This document shows, one piece after another, positions 37,170-47,023 of a stretch of DNA of 64,000 nucleotides. The stretch lies in NCBI GenBank assembly GCA_002269645.1, contig NIVC01001484.1:269527-333526 (forward strand), read 5' to 3'. The notes under the pieces were generated by a model that was given only the letters and a program-made list of their open reading frames with translations, was not told the origin of the DNA and searched no databases. Numbering within the stretch: the first letter of the stretch is position 1; every line of letters starts with the position of its first letter. The translations under genes were made by a program, and so were the position numbers. This DNA comes from Macrostomum lignano. Taxonomy: Eukaryota.

Positions 37170-37840
37170 GTTGGTGTCTCTTCAACTCTCATCTCTCTCT
37201 TCTTCTCTACCTTGCCTCCCCTCTTCTCTCTCTCCCCCTTTTCCCTCTTCTCTCTCCTCTCATTTTTACTCTCCTCTCTTCTCCCCCTTTCTCTCTACCC
37301 TTTCTCCTCAATGCCCTCTTCTCTTCTCTTATCTTCAGCAAAAATATGTGCATATTTTCTTACTTCAAAGTAGAGGGAATAGAAGATTAGAGATAAGCAA
37401 ACAGAGGGGAGGCGAGCGATGCGATGGGAGAAAAGATAGAAGAGGAGAGAAAAGCTGAGGGAGGAAAAAGAGATGAGAGAGAAGAGGAGATTAGAGGAAA
37501 GAGGAAAGAAAAGATGATGGATGAGATCAGAAGAGAGGAAAGAGGAGAGAGTAGATGAGAGAAGAGAGGATAAAGAGGAGATGAGAGGAGAGTGAAGAGA
37601 GGAGAGATGAGAGAGTAGAAAAGTGAGATAAGATGAGAGAGTAGAGTGGAGAGAGACGAGAGGGAAGATAAGATGAGAGAGTAGAGTGGAATGGAGAGAC
37701 GAGAGGAGAGATAAGAATGTAGAGAGGAGACAGAAGAGATAGGAGAGGAGAGGAAAGAGAGGAGAGGAAAGAGAGAAGGGATAAGGGATGAGAGAGAAAA
37801 GGAAGAGGATGAGAAGATTGAGGAATGGAGAGAATTTGCA
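37170..37840. repeat. Pyrimidine-rich (CT) tract followed by purine-rich (GA) tract
   Basis: CT-rich ~37170-37340 and GA-rich ~37390-37840. Confidence 0.93.
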
Positions 37841-39995
37841 AAGGCCTCAAAACTTAGTTTAACATGCATTACTCCCATCTTTGCCTTTTTCCTAACTGTT
37901 AACAAGTTTTTGTTTGAGCATGACTTCAAATTTAGAATCTATGCAAAAATAGTTCCGGGAATTAGAATTCAGTGGTTTAAAAATCTGTGGGTTTTCAAAG
38001 CTTGTATCTCTACTGGATTCGTATTCTGCATCTGATGAGCCATCTGAATCAGGGCTCTCATCTTCCATGCCAAATCGTCTAGCAAATCGTTCTTGAGCTA
38101 TAGGTCACACTGTATTCACTTCACTTACTTCTGGACATTCATGAATCATGACTTTTGTAGTATACTCACTACACTGTACTGACAATTTACTAAATGCTTC
38201 ATGCCGCCACTAGATGACACTGATTAGCTGTTATAAAAACGCGGAATCTGCACGCAGCACTAATTTGCTGGCGAGGCATTTAGCTTTAAAAATATGGTCA
38301 TAGTTACTCCTGCCGTTTACCTAAAGTTTTTGCTTGGCTCTTTCATAGGTAAGTCGCATTTTTTTATCGAAAACTAAGTCGCACGGCCAGCATAATTTCA
38401 GAAGTTGCGCATGTATAATAGTATAATAATTGAATTAATTGAATAATTGTGCTATTTTTAGGAATTTTGCATTTACTGCAATGCAAATATGCTATAGTCA
38501 CTAGTTATAGACCCAAAAAGATATAGCTTAGACAGTAGCACAATTAGGGCAATCTTTCCCTTTGGGTAAAAACAAAAAATCAAAGGGAAAACCAAGTCTT
38601 TTCTGCCAAAATATAGAGCTACCCTTTCTACCTTTCTCTTAGGTTCTTATCTTTTAGAATCTATTCCCCCCTTAGCAAATTTATAGTTAGGCCTACACTA
38701 CTAAGTCTGAGTTTACTTAGGTGGTAACATTAAATATAGGCTCTAATTTATTTTTTATCATTGCCCAATATCAATGGCATATTGATGCAGTTTTGAAGCT
38801 TTTTGCTAGAATTTGTTATTAAAGGTGGCTCTCAAAGCATTGATTTCATGCTTTTTTATATAAGCCAATTGTTGAAATGCTAACTTTGAAAATATTATTA
38901 TCATTATCAAGAGTAAAGACCTAGACCTAGCAAACATTATTTAAAGTTAGACAAAACTTATATAATTTATTGTAACAATTGTGGCTAGCTTTAAAAACTA
39001 AATATTCTAAATACTAAAACCTTTTGAGTTAAGTTTAAGTTGACTATACAATATGAAATTGTATTAGTACAAAGCATTTAAGCATCTGTTGTACAGCTTT
39101 GGTTGTTGCTAAGATTTAGCCTTAAGGTTGCCTTTAAGTTTAGAAATGTTTGTTTTTATTAGAATAAAGCTTATTGCTATATTGAATAATTTAGATATCA
39201 AATTCAATTAAGATAGTTATCAAATATGCATGTAGTAATAGATAATATTAGATAGGCCTAGCTAATGGCTAAATAGCTAATAGTGATCAAATTTAAATAC
39301 ATTGCCAACTTGGCTATCTTTTTATCAATATAATTGTTATGAGCAATTTAGCATTTCCTTTGTCCTTAGGATAACTATTTATTTAATGTTAGTCATTGCT
39401 ATAAAGTTTTATTTATATAGTTTGCCATGTTCAATTTGGGAATGATATGGTAAAATGAACAACAAAGCAGTGCCTTGCAACTAATTATATTTTATAGTTG
39501 ACTAAATGGAGCATAAGTAGGACTTGTTATATAATAATATAGTTATTATATAGTTTAATGCCTTAGTTTAATGCCTTTGTGATACTTATTATTAGTCATT
39601 TGTATAGTTGGCAATTGCAATCCAGTTTCCTTTTGGATACCAAAGGTAAATGCTGGTATTTATTTTCTTATAATCTAATTATAGTGGCAATGCAAAATTT
39701 GTCCATTTTCATGATATTAAAATGCATTCATAGTTCTTGCAAACTCTTATTAAATAATAAAGGCCATATTGTCCTATAGATAGTCCTAGATCAAGTCTAG
39801 TATAGATTTAAAATTAGAACAAGAAAAATAGAAGCTCATCCTACATAAAATAAGTAGGACTTATTATAAACTTTGTCTATTATTATCATATATGTGCAAC
39901 ACCAGGCCAATATAGCCAATCTGGCTAGCTGGCAAAGGGCCTAGCCAAGTCAATAAGATGGTAGTATGAGAGGACCTACCCAAAATATAGATGTA

Positions 39996-41305
39996 CAAGG
40001 GTTGTTCAGAAAGTCTGCAATCAAATGTATCTAATAGATTAATGGATTGAACAAATGTAATGCTACTCTTCTTGCTTTTCAACATAGGTACCCTTGAGAC
40101 TTACGCACTTGTGCCACCTCTTGAGCAACTTATTGATGCCAGTAGCAAGAAATTGGCAGGTGACCCCCTGACCCACTGGCTGATAGCCAATGCCAAGGTC
40201 TATAGAGAGCTATACTAGCAACCTTGGATGTGTTTTTACGTCTCCCTGAACAGCCAGAAGTTATTAGGTACAAGGTCCAGCGAGTAAAGTGGGTGTGGCT
40301 ATGGCAGCACTTTAAAGCCTAGGTCCAAAATGGCAGCCATTGTTGCTTAGCTAGTGTGTAGCCTAGCATTGTCATACTGAAGCAGGATGCCATGGCTCAG
40401 CTTGCTATGTTGCTGGGCTTTGATAGCTTCACGCAACTGCAGGACTTAAATATAGACTCATTATTGATTGTGGCACCACAGCAAAGCCATTTGATAAGCA
40501 AAATACTCTCCTTGTCCCAGAAGATAGTGGCCATTTTCTTGCCAGCTAAAGGTGCAATCTGGGCCTTGATGTTTTTTTAAAAGGTGTGGGCTCATGGCTG
40601 GCCTACACACTGCTCTGCATCTTAGACTCTGGCTCACTATAATGGAACCAGGATTCATCCCCAGCCCAGTCACAATCTAGTCCAAAAAGTTGGGATCATT
40701 GCAATATGACTGGAGGAGCTGCTGACACACCTAGACCCACTCTTGCTGTTGTTGGTTAGTCAGAAGTTTTGGGACCCAACAAGCAACAATATTTGACACA
40801 CCAAGCTCAACTGTCAGGAGTGAGTAAATGGCTATTGATAAGATGCCAGTAATAGTTGACAACTCTTGCACTATGGCTTGGTAGTCAACATCTAGAGCAC
40901 AATGCACAAGCTCAATGTTTGACATAGCAGGCTGGCTGCTCCATGGAAGGTCATCGTCTATCTCATAGCCATCTTCAAAGCACTAGACCCACTTGTTAAC
41001 CATGGTTTTTGATGGTGCACATTCACTATACATTGCTTGCACCTCACAAAGAATTCCTACTTGTTGTTTCCCTTGCTTCCACAAAAACCAAATGATGCCC
41101 CACTTTGGTTCTTTGTCATTTAGCATAGTGAAAAAAGTAGTATGAGGCTAAAAACTTCACAAGAAAGAAATGCCTGGCTTAAACAAGACCATTCTTCCTT
41201 TAAAACATTTAGGATATGATATTTGTCTATGGTATAAAGTTTTAAGACAGTAGTGACTCAAAGAAGATATGCATGTTTGATTGCAGACTTTTCAAACAAC
41301 CCTCA
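39996..41305 (-). mobile_element. Full-length decayed mariner (Tc1/mariner) transposon with transposase pseudogene, 1310 bp
   Basis: ~30-bp TIRs (ta)caagggttgttcagaaagtctgcaatcaaa / (ta)tgagggttgtttgaaaagtctgcaatcaaa with TA on both flanks. Minus-strand remnant MLNDKEPKWGIIWFL...WSSQP...ACWVPKLLT...IVTG/GDESWFHYSEPESK, with stops and frameshifts. Confidence 0.92.
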
Positions 41306-41543
41306 TAGTACTAATTTGATAATGAGGCATTTTGCCTTAATATGATAGTCAGTTACTCTTGCTATTTACCCAAAACTGGCCTTAAGGTTTCTTTCACAGG
41401 TAAGTCACATTTTTAGTCAAAAAGTAAGTTGAATGACCAGTGTAAATCAGGGGCCATTGTGCATATATGATCATCATTATAAGTATTTTGTTATTGCTAT
41501 TGTAGACAAGCAATGCAAATATTTCATTGAGTTCAGACACCTA

Positions 41544-42251
41544 CAAAGGGGTGTCTGGAAAATAGTGTTACTTTTACTTGTAGCAGACATTTGGTAAGTT
41601 GCATTGACACAAGTTTGGTGTCGTTTGAAAGTGGCAAGTTTCTTCTTTAAAATGACTTAACCTGCAGTAGATTTGGATTGATATTTTAAGAGATATGTGC
41701 ACTTAAGTAGTGGGAGATGGTCATAGACTTACAGAATCTAGACACAAGCCTTCTGTACAGACAATCCAGCTTCATGTCCTCAGTGAGCCATCAAGAAACC
41801 TAACGGGCACTCAGCTTGACATGAATCATCTTCTGCAGACACTTGTAAACTGTGGACTTCAAGCAATCTAGTCTATTGGCTATTTCGCAGATGCTTTGAT
41901 AGCAGTCTTCACCAATCAAGTCGAGAATGGATCCAAGACTGGCATGGATCTCCGGTGTCCTGACCTTCAGTCTGTTCAGTTCCAGTTAATGTCAGTTCTT
42001 CCACCACCATTGCCATTGAGCAGAATGCTAATTTTAGCAGATACGCTCGTATTTGAGCTTCTGTAAGTCTATGACCGATCTCCCTCTACTTAAGTGCACA
42101 TATCTCTTAAAATATAAATCCAAATTGATCACAGCTTAAGTCATTTTAAAGAAGAAACTTGCCACTTTCAAACAACACCAAACTTGTGTCAATGCAACTT
42201 ACCAAATGTCTGCTACAAGTAAAAGTAACACTATTTTCCGGATACCCCTCA
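41544..42251. mobile_element. Mariner-derived non-autonomous element with ~210-bp inverted arms and a transposase remnant
   Basis: 41544-~41755 is the near-perfect reverse complement of ~42060-42251, flanked by TA. The interior minus strand reads VRTPE..LIGEDCYQSICEIANRL..STVYKCL..KLSAR*VS*WLTE. Confidence 0.88.
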
Positions 42252-43189
42252 TATTTTAGATTAGATAAAACTATGCCTAGATTATACCTTCTTAAGTATC
42301 TTAAATATGCAAGCATACTAGTAGCAATATATGATAACCAATGAAATAGTTAGTGGACCTAGTTGCAATATTGCAATTAGCAATTACTAATACAATACTA
42401 CTATGTTATTATCATTGGTAAATTTCACTTATAGCTATAGTTCAAGGGCATAGGCTATCTGAAATGTAGCATTTTATTGCTCAAGCCAATATAGACAATA
42501 ATTACTCCTAAAGACCTAAGAGCAAGCGATTTTTGTTATTGATTGTAATAGGCCTACTTAGAAAGATCCATTTTTTATAGATAAGGCCTAGTAGTGCAAA
42601 AAGCCTTGTGTATAATATACACAAGGCTATGGCATATCATAAAATTCATATTAAATGACACAATGATACAAATTTGCTAATTCTTTAGACAATATAAAAA
42701 TAGAGCATCAAAATATATAACAAGAAAACCTTGTATTTTTTCTTGAATTCAATTGTTATGCAATATATTTGTTTTTGGTCATGATACATGGTAAGTAATG
42801 ATTGCCAATTACAAAGCAACATTTCTGTATGACTTTTTTATTTGTTTAAAAAAACTGGCACATATGTCCAATGGATAATAAAAGAAATTGATGGAAAAGA
42901 CTGTTGCCAATGACATTAGTATTAATATTTACTTCATTTAAAATAAAATAATAACTGTAAGGATGAAAACGTTGAAAACTAAATAATACTAGAATTGATT
43001 GTGCCTTTTTAGCACAATGCCAACAAAGCCAATTATATTTTCAACTTCAGAATGTCATAACAAGACTAGGACACAAATAATAAACATCCATAATTATTTT
43101 TTCTAGCCTCTAGATGGAATTTAGTATATTTAGAAGATTGTGAAATTACAACTGTGTTTCAGACAGAAGTAAAAACCCACACTTGTCAA

Positions 43190-46100
43190 ATGCAGCTTGG
43201 CAATTTGACTTTTCAGGAGTGCCTGCTTTTGCAGTCTTGTCGACTGCATTCCAAAAGGCTGCCATTGTCACGTCTACCTGTGATTTATGGCCATCGTCTA
43301 GCAAGCACTGATAGTGGAAGCAGTGGCGGCAATGCTGCCCCAAATAGATTGAATAATGCCTCAGCTAAGTCTTTATTCTTGTGTGGTCAGGAGTTCGAAT
43401 CTGATGACTATACAAATCTAACTGATCGAATTATTGAACAGGTTAACTGTGGACTGCACAGGCAACGGGGCCATCCGCTGTGGCTGCTGACTAACAGAAT
43501 TGTGGGCCACTTCAATGCCAACTATACTAGGTTTGTCCTTGGCAGATAATATATTAATTTATGGTCGCCAAAACTCCATTCAAGATATCAATCCCATGTC
43601 ACCACAATAGTACACTGAAGTTGTTAATCCCCTGTCACAACAAAAGTACACTCAAGCTATCAACCCCCTGTAACCAGAAAAGTACACTCAAGTTAATAAT
43701 CCCCTGTCATCACAAAAGTACACGCAAGCTATAAATCCCGTCACCACAAAAGTATATTCAATGTATAAATCCCGTCACCACAAAAGTACACTCAATGTAT
43801 AAATCCCATCACCACAAAAGTATATTCAATGTATATATCCCGTCACCACAAAAGTACATTCAATGTATAAATTCTGTCACCACAAAAGTACACTCAATGT
43901 ATAAATTCTGTCCCGCAAAAGTACACTCAATGCATAAATCCCGTCTGAACCACAAAAGTACTGAACTTATAAATCCCCAGGCGCCACAAAAGTACACTCA
44001 AGTTATAAATCCTGTCACCAAAAAAGTACACGCAAGTTATAAATCCCGTCACCACAAAAGTACACTTGAGTTAATAATCATCTGTCATCACAAAAGTACA
44101 CTCAATTCATTAATCCCGTCACCACAAATGTACACTCAATTTATCATTGCCTGTCACTCACTGTCAGTATAAAAGTACTGGTACACTCGAGATATATATC
44201 CCCTGTCACTACAAAAGTACACTCACGATATCAGCCATCTAATTGTGTGTACATACACAATTCTTAGTACCCTACATATCCCGAATGTACGCGGAAATAC
44301 CAGAACCAATGCAGCTTAAAACTAAAGTACAACTTTTTTATAACCATCTAAAAATTGGTAACCCTAAACCCTCCAATCGAATCCGCAGGTCCCGCTCCCG
44401 ACCGCTATTCACAGTGGTGGACAATCTGTCGCCAATAGTGACTCCCGAGCAGAACTTTGACAGCCTGCTAATCCCGGCCGACCATCCCAGCCGGCGGCCG
44501 TCGGACGTGTACTATCTGAACCGGGGCCGCCTGCTACGCGGCCATACCAGCGCCCACCAATGCGACCTGCTCCGTCAGGGCCTCGACGCTTTCCTAGTCG
44601 TTGGCGACGTATATCGTCGCGACGAAATCGATCGCAGTCATTTCCCGGTGTTCCATCAGGTGGAGGGAGTTCGAATCTATTCGCAGGAGCAGCTGTTTGC
44701 CGGGGCAAAGGATTCGGCTGACAGTTTGAGAATGTTCGATCGGAGCAGAAATCGGACAGACGAGCAACAGGTGTGTCTTCACTGTCGTTCATTTGATACA
44801 GAAGTATCTTAGATTAAGTGCTCTTAAAATCAGAATGTTGTATAGATCTGAAAAAGTTTCGTCTGAGTAACAATCTTCCTGAAAACCAGATACTCCGTCT
44901 TTTCTAGAAACCAGATACAAGTCTCCTAGAAGTAGAAACCAGGTATTCCCAGTATTTTGTAGAAATCAAGTATACCTATCCTTTTCTAAGAAACCATGTA
45001 TACACAGTCTTTCCTAGAAACTTAAACCATGTATACCAAGTCTTTCCTAGAAACCAAGTACCCAGTCTTTTCTAGAAACCAAGTATACCCGTTCTTTCCT
45101 AGAAACCAAGTATACCCCGTCTTTCCTAGAAACCAAATATACCCAGTCTTTCCTAGAAACGAAGTATACCCAGTCTTTCCTAGAAACCAAATATACCCAG
45201 TCTTTCCTAGAAACCAAGTATACCCGTTCTTTCCTAGAAACCAAGTATACTCAGTCCTTGCTAGAACTCAAGTATACCCGTTCTTTCTTGGAAACCAAGT
45301 ATACCCAGTCTTTCCTAGAAACCAAGTATACCCGTTCTTTCCAAGAAACCAAGTATACTCAGTCCTTGCTAGAACTCAAGTATACCCTTTCTTTCTTCGA
45401 AACCAAGTATACCCAGTCTTTCCTAGAAACCAAGTATACCCGTTCTTTCCTAGAAACCAAGTATACTCAGTCCTTGCTAGAACTCAAGTATACCCGTTCT
45501 TTCTTAGAAACCAAGTATACCCAGTCTTTCCTAGAAACCAAGTATACCCAGTCTTTCCTAGAAACCAAGTATATCCAGTCTTTTTTAGAAACCAAATATA
45601 CCCAGTCTTTCCTAGAAACCAAGTGTACCTAGTCTTTCCTAGAAACAAACTTTCGAATTCACACCAAACCAACTCGCACCGCTCGCAGGCTGGCCACAGC
45701 GTGGAGACCAGCAAGCTGCTTGAGCACGAGCTCAAATCGTGCCTAGAAGGCCTGGCCCGCAGGCTGTTTGGCTCCTCTATCGCGTACCGCTGGGTACCGG
45801 CGTATTTTCCTTTCACTCATCCGTCCTGGGAATTGGAGGTCCGGCACAGCCAATCAGACGGCGGGGAAGCCGATTGGATGGAGATGCTGGGCTGCGGCAT
45901 CGTCGAGCAGCGTCTGCTAGACGGCTGCGGCTTGCCCAATAGGACTGGCTGGGCCTTCGGTCTCGGCCTGGAGCGCTGGGCTATGCAGCTGTTCAGCGTG
46001 CCAGATATTCGCCTGTTCTGGTCCAAGGATCCGGCATTTCTGGCCCAGTTCGCCCAGCCCTGCCAGCCGGGCGCTGACCTGTGGCAGCCGGTCCAGTACA

Positions 46101-46396
46101 AGCCTATCAGCGTCTATCCGCCCTGTCCAATGGATTTAAGCTTCTGGTTACCAGCGGCAGATGCCAGTTTCCATAGCAACGATTTCTACGATTTAGTCAG
46201 ATCGATTGCCGGCGACCTGGTGGAGCAGGTGTCGCTAATTGATGAATTCCGGCATCCGAAGGACGGCCGAATGAGCCTGTGCTATCGGATTGTTTACAGA
46301 TCGCACGAGCGGACCCTGACTAGCGAGGAGGCTCGAACAGTTCACGACCAGATTGCCAAGTCTGCTGTGACTCGTTTGGCCGTGCAAATTCGGTGA
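43190..46396 (+). CDS. FARS2: Mitochondrial phenylalanine--tRNA ligase; 3 coding exons, ~476 aa
   Basis: Exons 43190-43530, 44389-44770, 45689-46396, phase-compatible. [99 protein letters not shown] and the C-terminal FDX-ACB domain ([17 protein letters not shown]). Confidence 0.96.
43590..44230. repeat. ~33-bp degenerate minisatellite (ATAAATCCCGTCACCACAAAAGTACACTCAAGT)n in FARS2 intron 1
   Basis: Read directly. Confidence 0.92.
44880..45650. repeat. 27-bp minisatellite (TTTCCTAGAAACCAAGTATACCCAGTC)n in FARS2 intron 2
   Basis: Read directly. The unit is 9 codons and is open in frame with exon 3. Confidence 0.97.
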
Positions 46397-46451
46397 TAGC
46401 TCTCGGAGTGAAAGCTGTTTAGGGTCCTGGTTTTATAGTCTTTATTTAGCT

Positions 46452-46745
46452 CTCCCAATCCTTCATCTTCCAGTCTCCCAATCCTTCATCTCCCAGTCTC
46501 CCAATCCTTCATCTCCCAGTCTCCCAATCCTTCATCTCCCAGTCCCCCAATCCTTCATCTCCCAGTCTCTCAACCCTTCATCTTTCAGTCTCCCAATCCT
46601 TCATCTCCCAGTCTCCCAATCCTTCATCTTCCAGTCTCCCAATCCCTCATCTCCCAGTCTCCCAATCCTTCATCCCCCAGTCTCCCAATCCTTTATCTCC
46701 CAGTCTCCCAACCCTTAGTCTCCCGGATCTCCCAGTTTTCCAATT
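46452..46745. repeat. 23-bp minisatellite (TCCCAATCCTTCATCTCCCAGTC)n in the FARS2 3' region
   Basis: Read directly. Confidence 0.95.
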
Positions 46746-47023
46746 CCAGTTTTTCATCGTAATAAGTCCTATAAAATTAATTGCTAGATAATAATACTCA
46801 TTTAGTCTGGATTTCGCAATTCATAACATATTTTAGGCCAATTTCAACTGTTAGCTTGTGTCAGTTTTCTAGCATCAGATTTTTGTCACGGCGATTTCAA
46901 TTAAAATTGTACTAACTGCTACTCTGTACTTTATACGAGTATTTAATAAAGGATATCAAATTCGTTCGTAAAAAAGTTTTTCTACGTTTTATCATTTTCT
47001 GTTAAATTGCTTAGCTCGCTACT

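Noticed and set aside
37148-37929. Leu/Ser-rich ORFs
   Set aside because: Low-complexity CT/GA tracts.
38028-38070. CTGATGAG hammerhead-like core
   Set aside because: No matching GAAA and no stems.
45029-45688. N-terminal repeat extension of the 455-aa ORF as part of FARS2
   Set aside because: Canonical splicing from 44770 to 45689 gives normal FARS2; the extension is intronic satellite.
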